Source: Hamiltosporidium tvaerminnensis FI-OER-3-3
Taxonomy: Eukaryota; Fungi; Microsporidia
Reading direction: 5' to 3'
Assembly: GCA_022605425.2 (NCBI GenBank)
Contig: JAKIMF020000001.1
Span: forward strand, 496,001 to 560,000
DNA length: 64,000 nt
Position 1 is the first letter of the stretch, and each line of letters begins with the position of its first letter. The notes below the pieces were generated by a model. That model saw nothing but the letters and a program-made list of their open reading frames with translations. It searched no databases and was not told where the DNA came from. Made by a program: the position numbers and the translations under genes. Below, piece after piece: positions 36,655-49,016 of the stretch.

Positions 36655-37440
36655 ATACTTACATACTCGCGGGAACTACAGCTCTTGAAGTGACCAAACC
36701 TCCTTAACGATATTTCTAAATTTTTCTCTATTTTGCACCAAAGTTATCCATCGAAACACATAAAGCTTCACTAGGTCTTCCTCGACGTTATATAGTCATC
36801 TATTTTGCGATCTGTCTCTTCTTCTCTTACCTTCGGGCATGGTTTTGAATGTTTTACTAAAACTTTCTCTGGTGACTTTCTTTCTGCGTGTCTGAGCTAC
36901 CTAAGTCTTCTTTGTTTGATTATAATGACAATATTGAATTCTTGATATGGATCATAAATCTCTTTATTGGTTCTAAATCTCGACTCGTTATTTTCTCAAA
37001 TTAGTCTATATATCAACTTTAGTATCCTTCTATCTCATATATCTAGCACGGTTTCATCTCTTTTGTTCATCACCGATGTTACAGAAGTATACATTGGTAG
37101 GGACCCAATAACAGTCGTATGTATTTGTTTTTTTGTCTTCAGGTTTATCAGGCTGGACTTCAGTAAGTGTTTTATCGACAAATAGGTTTTGTTTCCTGCC
37201 TTTAGTTCTCTTTTATTTCAAGTGAAGTTTTATTATTCTCATTCAGAAGTGTACATAGGTATTTAGAACTTGATACTTTTTCAAATTTAAAAGAATCTAT
37301 TTCTAAAAATTTTCGAGAGTGTCATGAGATGAAGATACTTTCAAAATTTTCGTTTTATACTCATTTATTTTTAGTCCCAATTTTTCGGATTCCACCAAGA
37401 ATTTATTTACCGGTAGAAATGAAGGCCGAAAAAATCAAAC
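36655..37440 (-). mobile_element. 5'-truncated decayed RTE-type LINE fragment
   Basis: Minus-strand C-terminal remnants (RLR*LRH near 36890-36910) and a 3' end GAGCTGTAGTTCC..AGTATGTAAGTA similar to the other RTE copies. Ends are approximate. Confidence 0.55.
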
Positions 37441-39699
37441 CATGGTTGAGTTAAGCTTATATATTTTCGACGTTCAATTTCATTTTTCTATGAGTCAAAA
37501 AAATTGTAAACCGAAACAAATGCTTATTTTTGCCTTCATAAAAGATTAATACATTAAAAAAAACTAGAACATAAATTTATATTTAGATATTGCTACAATC
37601 TGTTTTGGATACAGATAATGTTAAAAAAGATAATTAGAACGCTCTCATAGAACCCATATGAAATTTCGGATCTTTACATTGTATCTTTTCATCATAAACA
37701 TAACTTTATTCGTCGAAACGAATTAGGAATAATCTTCCATGAGAAAATAGAAAAAATCATTTGTAAATTAGAGTTAACCCAGCTACCAAAAACTCCTGTA
37801 AGAATTCAGAATGAAAATTTAAAAAAAAATTTGACAAAGAAAAATATGTATGTAATTTCTTTACTGCTGTATTTACGTTTTTAAATGCTTTTTTTAACGT
37901 TTTTAAACCGGGAACCTAGAAATTATTAATTTTAAGTATAACGAAGAAATTATCTAAAATAATTATCGCTTTATCACACCCACAAAAAGACTATATTTTC
38001 ATAAATCAATGATTATCTGCTTATTTTTTTGATTTGAAATTCGAATCGAATTTTGGCAATTATTTTAACCGCATTGAACCTAATCTATTTTTAATTTATA
38101 ATAATATATAGAGTCTATACTCCAATTTTAGATTTGAGATTAACTATCAGAGTCTCGTCTTATTTCTAACTGCTCATTAAATATAATTTTTTATAGTAGG
38201 AGATTTCCAATCTAAGTTTAATATTCGTATGTATATATCTAAAGACATGTAAATTTAGACACTTGATTTTTCATTATAGCAGCTGAAGCAGCCATATCTA
38301 AGTAGATTATCTTATGCTCGTTCAAATACTTCAAAAAATTTTCAGCTTCCACAATCTTATCCTTATCATGTACACTGCAAAATACATTTATATGCACAGA
38401 ATAATACAGAGATCATTGTGATCTGACCTGATATTCACTTTACTTAGCTAGTTTTATAAATCTCTAACACAGGTAAACTCATTATTTTAGAGCATTTATA
38501 ATTTAAAATGTAAAATTTTGCTATCTATTTGATAGATCAATTCCAAGTCTGAATATCTCTAAAATTTCACATGTGTTTTCTTCCTCATACTCAAATTCTG
38601 TTTTGATAAAATATTTTATTTCTGCAAGTATCTTTCATTATCATGGGCAACGCCAAATAGTGTTGTTTTTTTTTGACAACTATCATCATTTGTATAATCG
38701 AATAATCTCCCGACGACTCACATCGAAATGTTTAATTAGTTAAAAAAATTTAAAAACTACCAAGAGTGCTCCATTTAACATATGACTCTTTCTATTTGTT
38801 CATATATCTTAAAAAACCAATAATATTGAGTAGAACTGAACATGAAACACCTAGAAATATTCTATTCGGACAAAAAAATATCTAAACAAATATTATAATT
38901 TCTTTTTCCGAAGGCTGTATTTAGTATGAATATAACATAATAGATTTATTTTTTTCCTAAAGATTTCATTTTAAAAAAATGTAAATTAATCTGTTCAAAT
39001 TTCTTTTTCAAGTAATTTTACAGTAACATTAACAATTATATGATGAGATTAGGGCTTTTTTACTTTTCCTCTGTGCAACTTATTTGTATCCTTAATAATA
39101 CTTGTATAAAAAGAATTATTACTTGAATAGCTTCATGGAATTTAATACATTTTTAATTAAACGATTTGTAAATAAAAATTACTAGGAAGTTATAAGATAA
39201 ATAAATATCTTAATACATCATAGCTAAAAAGCAGAGTTTATTTTAATAAAAAAAGATTGTTCTCATCAATGAAGGACAACAAAAAACCAAATAAAAGTGA
39301 AGAAAATAGATGTGTGATCTTGATTGAGCAAAAAAAATAATTAGTTAGAACTACTTTATATTTTAACTTGGTAAAAATATGATAAATAAATATTTTTTGA
39401 AATTTTACTATGAAAATTCTCAAGAACGTCGAGAAATACGGATGTAAAAGACTTAAAAATATATACAATAGATATAATATGAGAGGTTATAAAAACCAGA
39501 TAATATAGCAAACAACTATAGCGAAATTAATAATGTTTAAATGGTAATCTAATGTATATAAAATATTTTGTTAAATGCAAAATTAAGCTCATAAAAACGA
39601 GCCTAGTAACTAGTTTAATCTAATCTACAATTCAAACAATCTAAACAGAAAACACATATTTGTACTTTTTCACTCACCAACTAAAAACATTCTATGAAA

Positions 39700-40190
39700 A
39701 GCTAGTAGAAAATATCGTTCTCTTTGCTTCTTGGTCAGTTATAACCTCGTTTTACACAAATACCGCATTTTCTACCTAGCAGAATCACCCATTTTTGGTA
39801 GAAGTAGCACACATGACAATGTATTAAGTATATTATAGGTTTAGATTCTTATAAACAATCATTGAGCATTTAAGTTGGGGTTACCAGTTTTTGCACTCAA
39901 ATTATCTGCTTTTGTTTGGGTCTCATGAATAAATACCTTTTTGTGCTTTTTGTATAATTTATAATTCTGAAAATTTGTTGCATGTGGCTTTTTTGTTGTT
40001 TGGCGCTGTTCTTCAGGGCATATAATTTACTCTGTGTTGTTTGAGTGTGTTTTTGAAAGGTGATATTTTACTTCATTCAGTTATTTAGGCATATCTGCAG
40101 CATAAACAGCCAGTCACTTGATATCATCAATGAACAAGCGATAATTGTAAAATGAGAAACGTGTCATTATGTATTGTCACTTTTGTGTAT
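39700..40190 (-). mobile_element. Decayed non-LTR reverse transcriptase fragment
   Basis: RT active-site-like RLFIDDIK at 40117-40140 on the minus strand; the rest is heavily degraded. Confidence 0.4.
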
Positions 40191-40378
40191 TTATCATTAA
40201 TTTTTCAGCTTAGAGGAGTCATAAACAAAAAAATGAAATGATAGACCATCTCTTGCTATATTTTTTTTTACTTTTGCTCTCGAAGTACTAAAAAAATTTT
40301 ATGAAATATAAATTAAAACGAATTCTAGAACTGTATTAATTTAAAATATGACTTAAAACTTAAAAAACTAAAATAAAT

Positions 40379-41083
40379 CTATTGACTTTCATCTCTGCCA
40401 TAAGAATATTCAGGTTTTAGTTCATAAGTATTTTTATGATCTTTCTTATTTAACATACCGATTTCAGAAATAAGTTCTTGAATATAGGCAACTGGTTGTC
40501 CAGTAAAATCTGCTAAATCCTTAACCGTCCAGAATTTATGTTTTTCAAATGCATTAAATAACATATCCATGACATGACTCTTATCCAGTCTCTCTCTTTT
40601 CTTATCCATCAACATTTTCTTACGTTTTCTTGCCATTGTTTCTAGTTCACTAATAGATCCTATACGTTCTCCAATCCTACCATCTTTATTAAAATCGATA
40701 ACTTGTGTCATTCTTTTAGGACCACTTGTAATTTCATTTCTGGTTTTTCGATATAAAATATATTCTTCATTTATAACTGGTCTCACAAAACATTCTGTTG
40801 TTACTTTGCCTTCAATTCCCGATGTATCCTTTTCACTCTTTAACATATACATTTGCTTATCTACTTCACTACGATCGAGATGAAACAAGGTCGGAAAACC
40901 AGAACCGCACACTTTTTCTGAAAATTTAATGTTAACAGAAGCAGGTTCGTTTTCTGTCGCCGAAGTAATTTCTAGTTCTCCTATGTCAATATCACCTTCC
41001 AATTCATGTAATCTTTCAGCTAAAAAATTTGGTACTTTTACTAACCAAACTGTAATTTCACTATTCTTAGTTTCTAGACGCAT
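40379..41083 (-). CDS. TFG2: Transcription initiation factor TFIIF beta subunit (Tfg2/RAP30)
   Basis: VWLVKVPNFLAE and C-terminal LFNAFEKHKFWTVKDL..TGQPVAYIQELISEI..YELKPEY. CCC lies 4 nt upstream of the ATG. Confidence 0.93.
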   Translation of the reverse strand: MRLETKNSEITVWLVKVPNFLAERLHELEGDIDIGELEITSATENEPASVNIKFSEKVCGSGFPTLFHLDRSEVDKQMYMLKSEKDTSGIEGKVTTECFVRPVINEEYILYRKTRNEITSGPKRMTQVIDFNKDGRIGERIGSISELETMARKRKKMLMDKKRERLDKSHVMDMLFNAFEKHKFWTVKDLADFTGQPVAYIQELISEIGMLNKKDHKNTYELKPEYSYGRDESQ

Positions 41084-41285
41084 TTAAAGGGAAGACTATA
41101 AATAAAAAGAAAAATTAAAGAAAGGAATATTTTTGAAAAATAAAATAAAAATGTTATGAGAAAGAAAAATAGAAAAGAAAAGGAGAAGAGATAGAATATA
41201 TATATAAAGAAGAAAAGAATTCTTTAGTAAAAATAGAAAAAGGAAGGGAAGAAAGAAATAGAAGACAAATATATTTAGAATATGA

Positions 41286-41464
41286 GACTAGTCAGAAAAC
41301 CACACCACCAATTGAAATGAATCAACCACTTCATCAACAGAGTTTTACACTCTTTATTCCGTGAAGGTAATGTGGTCATCTTTCGTCATCCTAGTCGTAT
41401 GTGCTGCAAATCATGTGATTTGGAATGCGAACCTACTATACAAACGATTCTGAATAGTATGACG
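41286..41464 (-). ncRNA. U3: U3 snoRNA
   Basis: In order on the minus strand: box A'/A (ATACTATTCAGAATCGTTTGTATAG), box C' GGATGA (41386-41391), box B GAGTGTAA (41345-41352), box C TGATGA (41331-41336), box D CTGA (41292-41295). Closing stem GACTAG/CTAGTC. CCC promoter motif at 41468-41470. Confidence 0.85.
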
Positions 41465-42118
41465 CAAGGGTTTGGATTTTTTGGATTTTTATATTTTTTT
41501 TTAATTAAAATAGAAATGTGGTTTCATATAAATAACGGTAGATTATGAAATTTAGAAAAATTTAAAATTTATTTATGATTAAAAAATGAAGCGTTTTATT
41601 TGTTTCACAAAATTTTTACAAAATTACAAATCATACAGATTCAACAAAAAAATATCTGATCTCTAATTTCTTGATATACAACTTAATATTTTTTTATTTT
41701 ATTCTTTGGCTTTTAATCATTTATAAATTTCTATTCTAAATAATTACCAATTATAAAATCAAAAAAAAATCTATTCTTATATATAATCTCTTCTAGTAAT
41801 TTCTAAACTAACTGTTAATCTGCTTAGAAAAATACTTTAATAGCAATTTTTTTTTCCAAAAATCCGTAGAATTTAATTCTAATTTTGAATTCTATATTAT
41901 TTATTTGAGTTATATCATATATTAGTTATATATGATAGTAACTTTTTTACAATCTAAAGTCAAGCATTTAGATTATTTATTTCTTTCTGAAATTTTTTTC
42001 AGAATCAAATGTTTTATTATAAATCATTAAAAAAAATGACTGCAAAAAAATTTACCAATTGAATTGAAAATTCGTAAAAAATATAATTTTATTAAATAAA
42101 TTAAAAATCACGAATATT

Positions 42119-43180
42119 TCATTCTCTCCAAGTTACTTCTACACTATCAGTTCTAAATCTTTGAGTAACATCACATTCTTCTTTTAAAAATCTTTCACCG
42201 CTTTCATACATCAAATATCCCGTATATCCTATCATTGCACCATTATCAATACAATATCTTTCATCCATACATCCAAGCTTACCGTTTCTATCTTTAAGCA
42301 TCTGTGCCATCATTTCCTGTAATCTTATATTGCATCCAACACCACCAACTATTAAAACTTCATTACAGCCTATAAAAGATAAAGCTCTTTCTGTTATTTC
42401 TACCAAAGCAGAAAATACCGTTTCTTGTATCGAATAGCACATATCATTTACAAAACTGTCAAAATCTTCAGTCTTGCTTCGTTTTTTATTTTCAACTATT
42501 CCAATACAATGAGTCAAAATACCAGAAAAAGAAACATCCATTCCTTTAACAGAATATGGTAATTTAATATAATTATTTGATAGTTCTGCACGTTTCATTA
42601 TATTGTACCCAGGCGACGGATTATTAGGTAAATTCAAAACGCGCGCCATTCTATCTAAAAAACTTCCGACTGCAATATCAATCGTTTCTCCAAAGATTTT
42701 ATATCTTTTTGATTTTTTAATTACTTCACCGCTCTTTTCATCATAAATATTTTCACTTTTATAACTTATAAGTTGATTATTTCCACCACTGACATATAAA
42801 ATAACTGGGTTTATCATTTTTGTGATAAGTCTTCCCATTTCTATATGTGCTATACAATGATTAACCGGTATTAATGGTTTATCATATAAATATGCCAATG
42901 TTCTTGCAACAGTTGCACAAATAATAAGTGGGGCACTTATTCCTGGCCCACGTGTGTAACAAAAAATAGAAATTTCATTTAATGTAATATTTGCAACTTT
43001 TAAAGATTCTTCTAATAATGTTAGAATCTCTTTTCTGTGATGTACTCCTATTAATGATGGAATACAGCCTGTCTTATCGGGTGCATTGTATGTTCTACGT
43101 AGGTTTGAAAGTATTTTATCTTTGTAAAGTATACCGATTCCTAATTTATTACAAGATCCTTCTATTGCTAGAATATACAT
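42119..43180 (-). CDS. KAE1: tRNA N6-threonylcarbamoyltransferase Kae1/OSGEP (KEOPS complex)
   Basis: ILAIEGSCNKLGIG, YTRGPG, PVNHCIAHIEMG, YVSGGN, GETIDIAVG, VGGVGCN, CIDNGAMI and TQRFRTD. CCC-T-ATG gives a start at 43180. Confidence 0.95.
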   Translation of the reverse strand: MYILAIEGSCNKLGIGILYKDKILSNLRRTYNAPDKTGCIPSLIGVHHRKEILTLLEESLKVANITLNEISIFCYTRGPGISAPLIICATVARTLAYLYDKPLIPVNHCIAHIEMGRLITKMINPVILYVSGGNNQLISYKSENIYDEKSGEVIKKSKRYKIFGETIDIAVGSFLDRMARVLNLPNNPSPGYNIMKRAELSNNYIKLPYSVKGMDVSFSGILTHCIGIVENKKRSKTEDFDSFVNDMCYSIQETVFSALVEITERALSFIGCNEVLIVGGVGCNIRLQEMMAQMLKDRNGKLGCMDERYCIDNGAMIGYTGYLMYESGERFLKEECDVTQRFRTDSVEVTWRE

Positions 43181-43929
43181 AGGGTCCTTTATAAAATCTT
43201 TCAATATCTTTTTTTAGTGTAAAAAATACATTTTCTGTCCGTTTTTTTAGTGAATAATTAAATTTTTAAATACTATTCGATGTTTTTTATTTGTGTTTTT
43301 TTTATATATGAAAAGGAAAAAAAATTTAAAAGATTGAAATAATCTTGAAACACACATGAGGCCAACTTTTTTTATTAAGTTTAGATATTAAGAGTTTTTT
43401 TATTCGATTCGTTATATTCGTGAGAATATTGATATAATAATGGCACATGAGGTGAATCTTTCTCTCATATTTATAGGTTAATAAATCAATAGGATTAGGT
43501 CTTTTACTAATGATATGTCTTTTGAATATACTGGTACTTTTTTTTGACTGTAGTTTTTTCCATAAGTATTTCGGAATAAAGAATTTTGCAGAGGAAACTC
43601 GACATGTAGATCATTTGAAGAAATACACGCGTTTAGAGTTGAAAAGCTTTGCCACAGAAATTAAATACAACCAGGCTTTCAGACTTACTTATTCCTGCCC
43701 GATTTTATTTCCTGGTGTCGAGAATGATCAAATTAACATTCTCTATTTGTTTCTTTTAATCGGCATAACTCGGATTATAAGAAATTGGCATATGGATCCA
43801 GCTTTGGTACATATCTCATCCGAATCTCAACAATTATTTTCAAACAATTCTAGCACTCATTACCAAACAGAAGGTTTTGAATGAGGTTAATCCTATCCCC
43901 ATCATAGTTTCCATACAATTGATCAAAAC

Positions 43930-45110
43930 GCGATATTCTCATTCAATTATCATATAGAGGTATTCGCCATAAAAGATTGATATCCACATGCCAGATTATG
44001 AAGTGCAACCAATTTCAGGAAAGAAAAGGGTAAACTTATAACTAGTATATCAAAAGCGATTGTACTTTTCTACAACAAAACTTGAAAAGTCTAAATAGTA
44101 TTGAGTTGCGAAGTGAAAATGGCGTTTTGCAAATCTTGAATTTTCTAAAGAAAAGTAATTAAATTTCAACTATATGAGCATTAAAAAAATATAGAAAATG
44201 AAACAAAATCCTATCTTGCATCGATTAAATGCTTCCTCCAGGTAAAATATATAAATAAAGAAGATGTGATTAAAAAAACGAAAAAATTCTACAAACAATT
44301 TTTTTTTTAAAAATTGAAAACTAGATTTAAGTATAAATGTCAGAAAAGATGAACCAATCGGTATTAAATGTTCTTAAGAATACCTCTAAAAAGAGAGCAT
44401 TGGTCTACGCGATAAAGAAGTATCTAATGTCTCTAGGATATAACCAATTCGAGAATGTTAAGGAAAGTATAGACATATTTATTAGTCAGTCGCATAGCTT
44501 GTAAGCATTTAGCCACTCAATGTGAATAAATTTTAAGGCATAACTGTATAGATGATGCAATAAGGTTCTCTGATATTTATTTACTTCACATGAATGTATG
44601 AAGATTGAGGTCAGTCAGACATATTCAGAGTCTGTATGTGCAAGAAATCTTTTGAAATAAGTTTGCGAAATCTGTATTTCCATCAGAATAAGAATTGGTG
44701 TCAAAATTTAGACAATAGACCAGATATTTTTATTTAGGATGACGAATTAAACAAAATCATTTTCATCGATTTTGAAATCACTTCACAAAACTCTGTTCGA
44801 ATTTTTGGTTTCAAAAAACACAGGAAGTATGAATTGTTGGCATATTAGAAAAATATAATTTATAAATTACTGTTGATATGAATTACTATGTGATGAATTA
44901 TGAGGTATAGTTACGAAATAGCCTGTGATTCAAGGCAATAAATACCTGATACTTTTAGAAGAAAAATATTTTTACTGTCGAAACTCCAAAAAAAGACTGT
45001 CAAACTATTTATTTTGATAGAATAAAAGAGCTCTGGAGTCACGACAAATGCTTATAAGCGTTAGAAAGGCACACAAATATATCATAGTAGGGAAATGAAT
45101 AGATGAACGA
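43930..45110 (+). mobile_element. Decayed non-LTR retrotransposon with restriction-like endonuclease (R4/Dong-like C-terminus)
   Basis: 44711-44842 translates as DNRPDIFI*DDELNKIIFIDFEITSQNSVRIFGFKKHRKYELLA (PD..D..K..KY). Boundaries are approximate. Confidence 0.7.
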
Positions 45111-45778
45111 TTCTTAGGTATCTATGTTTAAGTAAAATGTTTTGCAAACTGTATTGGAAAATAAATTCAATTAAAGAACAACTTTTGCGTGTAGATGAAA
45201 AGCTCGAAAATACCAGTCAAAGCAGAGATAAAAAAATGATCAAAAACAAAATAGCAAGTTAAAAGAGCGAGAAATAGATAAGAGAAAGAAAAAAAACAGA
45301 ATTGATTGAGTTTTATATTTGGTTAAAATTAAATTAAGATAGCTTATATTTAAAAATTATTCATTAAATTGGCAATTTTAACAGTAAATTTGGAACAAAT
45401 AAAGTTTATTCATTTTGAAATAAAATAATTATTATTTTTTTTGATTTCGACTTCCACTTTCAAAAATTAACTGACACCAATTTTTTTCGAATTTTCTTTA
45501 TTTTAAATAAATATTATTTTTTTTCAATTTGGTTTTCTGTGAATCAATTTAAAATAACTTAAAAGTATCACTCAGTAGTATTTCTAAAGAAATTAAACAT
45601 AATGTAAGATTTATAAAATATTGTTTCATTTATTTATGTACATTCCAGATGAAAATTTACTAAAATATTCATTCTTCTCTGCTATTAAAAAAATTTTTTT
45701 TAAAAAATGAATTGATGTCCGTTATTTCGTATGAATCAGAATGATTATTTTAAATAATTGAACTACCCAGTAATAGAA

Positions 45779-47727
45779 ATGACTTTAGAGGAATTAAAAG
45801 GTAATTTGTATGAAATTCAAAAAGATTTTATTGAGAAAGCAAAGTGTGTCATAGAAAACAATGAAATAGGTATTTTCTCAAGCCCGACTGGAACCGGTAA
45901 AACAATATCGCTTTTATTATCGGTTTATAACTATTTTATACCACCGAAAGAAGAATCCAATAAATATACGTATTTTGGTTTGAATTCAGAAAATAAAAAA
46001 CTTATGGAACAACTTTTTGGACAATCAGATAGAATAACCAAAGTATTTTATTGTTCAAGAACTCACACACAATTAAATCAAGCAATTAATGAATTGAAAA
46101 GATTTGATTCGAATGTAAATTCAATTATTTTGGGTTCGAGAAAACTTTACTGTGTAAATAAAAAAGTAAATAAAACAAATGTTGAATTAGAAATTATAAA
46201 TGAACAATGTAAAGCTTTGATTTCAAAAAACGATTGTGAATTTTATTGTAATTTTGAATCACAAAACGAAACTGATATTATTGATATTGAAGAATTAATA
46301 AAAAAAGGAAAAGAAAAAAAGTTTTGTCCATACTATTTTGCCAAAATATATTCTAAAAAATGTGAGATTGTTTTTCTTCCTTATACGGTACTTTTTAGTA
46401 AAGAGGGTCGTAGAAGTGCAAATATTGATATTTCAGATTCGATTATAATTGTAGATGAAGCGCATAATATTTATGAATCTGTAATACAAATGAATACTGT
46501 AACGATTTCTTTTGAAATTGTAAAAAAGTATTTTAAAGCTTTTGAAGATTATTATTTGAAATATGAAAGCAGGAATGAGTGAAGTAAATTTGAAAAGAAT
46601 TAAAAATATTTGTGAAATTTTAGAGAAAATTTGGAAATTTCATGAAAACTTTGCAAATAATTTAGAAACGAAAACAGGAATCTTCTAGTCAAGAAAAAAA
46701 CGAAGAATGCATTGTTGTAAATGATTTTTTAATAAAATCTCGCCTTCATAATTACAATTTATTGGAATTAGAAGAATATTTACATAACTCGGGAATAGCT
46801 TATAAATTAGAAGGATTTAATACAAATTTGCATCTTCAGCTTTTCAATATTACGAAATTTTTAGTTTTATTAATAATGAGTGATTGTCATGGAAGAATTT
46901 TTTATGACAATAAAAAAATAAGATTTACTCCGTTGGATCCTAAAATATATTTTGAAGATATTTTTGTTTGTAAATCATTGATTCTAGCAGGAGGTACTAT
47001 GGAACCGATCGATAATCTTTTAAATTTATTTAAAGAAAGAACAGTCAAATATTATTATTATGATTCAATTTGTACAAATTTTATAAGTTTTATTTTATCT
47101 ACAGGACCTTCGAACAAAGAAATAAAATTAAATTATAAAACAAGAGAATCTCCTGAAATTTTAAAAGATATTGTTTATACAATTTTTAATTTATCAAATA
47201 CCGTAAAAAAAGGTGGAATTATTTGTTTTTTACCTTCAAAATATTATTTAAAAATTCTCAAAGAAACAATAATAAATTTAGAAAAAAATAATTTTAAATT
47301 TATTAAGAAAATATTATATGATGATACGAGTTCATTTTTAGAATTTAAAAATTTAATTTTTGAAGAATCTGTTATTTTTTTTTCTGTAATGGGAGGTAAA
47401 ATGAGTGAAGGTATAAATTTTAATGATTATCTTTGTAGATTATTAATTATAATTGGTATACCTTATCCAACAGTTAATACTGAATTAAAAGAAAGAATCA
47501 AATACCATGGAAATGATTATTCGACACTAATAGCAATGAAAACTGTTAATCAAGCATTAGGAAGGGCACTTAGACATAAAACTGATTATGCAAGTATTGT
47601 ATTGATAGATTCAAGATATAATAATTTGATAAGTAAAATATCCCCATGGATTGCAAGAAAAACTAGAAAATGTAAATTTATTCAAATTTTAAGTGAAATC
47701 AAACATTTTTTAAACAAAAATTTATAA
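45779..47727 (+). pseudogene. CHL1: CHL1/DDX11 second copy, split by two +1 G insertions
   Basis: Near-identical to 17233..19179 but CAGAAT has become CAGGAAT at ~46572 and ~46677, giving 274-aa and 321-aa ORF fragments. May be a sequencing error. Confidence 0.8.
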
Positions 47728-47939
47728 ATTTTAAATTCAAATCTATAATTTATTCGTTTATTTTGCAGAATAGAACATCATTTTGATTAAATGTTAAATA
47801 TTTATTTTAATCAGAAATTTCAATTTGTAAACAGAAAATGATTTTCATTTCACCTTTGAATATATATTTTCAAATTAAAAATTATTTCCTTTGTTATTAA
47901 ATAGTTGTTTAAATCCCAAAATTTTTTAATAAATGAATT

Positions 47940-48575
47940 TTATTTCTCTTTTAAATATTTGTTTAAATCTAAATTTATATTTTTCTGATTAAAGAAACCA
48001 TCTTCTTCTTTTATAAATGACATTGATATTGATGGTCCTATTTCTTCTAAAATAATTTTTATTGAATCTTTTTCTTCTTTTTTAATAAAATAATGTCTAA
48101 AATATATTATTTTATTCTCGAAATGTAAATGAATATTTCTAAGAATATTTTCATCTTTTATTTCATTTTTAAAAAATTCAAAATTTTTAAAAATATTCTG
48201 TTCATAACAGTCATCACCACTGAATGTAACGATAGGATCTTTTTTAAACCATTTTTGTGAAAGGCATTTATTTATTTCAAAAATATTTTTAAAATTTTCT
48301 ATTTTGAAGAAATATGTTGGGCCATGATGTAAATAATTTGAAATTCTTAATAATATTTCACCGTTTTTTTCAGTAAAAACAAAAAAATGTGAGAGAAAAA
48401 ATTGATGAATAATTGGAATATATTTTTCAATTAAATCATTATTATGTTCTTGAATTTTTAATGCTACGTGTGGTTCAAAAACTTTTCTTAAATCAGTAAT
48501 TAATTGTTTTACATTTTTAGTAACTTTTCCTATTCTAATTACCAGTTTATTTTTATTTTCTTCTAATTCTTTCAT
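47940..48575 (-). CDS. SSF1: Ssf1/Peter Pan-like Brix protein, second copy
   Basis: One amino-acid difference (L/F) from 16385..17020; CCC-ATG start. Confidence 0.8.
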   Translation of the reverse strand: MKELEENKNKLVIRIGKVTKNVKQLITDLRKVFEPHVALKIQEHNNDLIEKYIPIIHQFFLSHFFVFTEKNGEILLRISNYLHHGPTYFFKIENFKNIFEINKCLSQKWFKKDPIVTFSGDDCYEQNIFKNFEFFKNEIKDENILRNIHLHFENKIIYFRHYFIKKEEKDSIKIILEEIGPSISMSFIKEEDGFFNQKNINLDLNKYLKEK

Positions 48576-48632
48576 GGGATTGTACCAGATTAAAAATTTA
48601 TATAAAAAACGGTTAGAAATCCCCATTTTAAG
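48576..48632. promoter_or_regulatory. 57-bp bidirectional promoter, second copy
   Basis: Mirror of 16328..16384, with GGG at 48576-48578 and CCCC before ATG 48633. Confidence 0.7.
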
Positions 48633-49016
48633 ATGAAGCCATTTCTTATTTCAATATTAAAGTGTAATCAATGTGATTCTGAGGATTTTTTAAATGTATT
48701 TATAGAAAAAGCAGAAGAAATAGAAATAGAAGAAGATTTAGATTTTTTCAAAGAACATATAAATAAATTTTATATCGAAAAAGGGAAATTATTAAAAAAT
48801 ATCATTAAAAAATTGGAAGTCACAAGTTTGAATGAAAATGATTGTGATTTGCTTATTAATGGGGATAATTCTAAACTTAAAGAATTTGCAAAAGTTTTAC
48901 TTGGTTATGAGATATTTGAAGGATATTTAGAATGCTCTAATTGTCAAGTTAAGTTTATGATTACAGATAGAATTCCAGATTTCGTAGATTTTGTCTCTTC
49001 CAATAAGGAACAATAA
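48633..49016 (+). CDS. TRM112: Trm112, second copy
   Basis: One amino-acid difference (I/F) from 15944..16327. Confidence 0.9.
   Translation: MKPFLISILKCNQCDSEDFLNVFIEKAEEIEIEEDLDFFKEHINKFYIEKGKLLKNIIKKLEVTSLNENDCDLLINGDNSKLKEFAKVLLGYEIFEGYLECSNCQVKFMITDRIPDFVDFVSSNKEQ

Noticed and set aside
38250-38830. Further APE-endonuclease remnant on the minus strand (VNIRSDH)
   Set aside because: A single short motif, too degraded to support a call by eye.
1-43180. Functional cluster of RNA-modification and ribosome genes (TYW2, TRM112, SSF1, RACK1, U3, KAE1)
   Set aside because: Such genes make up a large share of reduced microsporidian gene sets and are separated here by kilobases of transposon debris; there is no evidence of co-regulation except for the TRM112/SSF1 pair.
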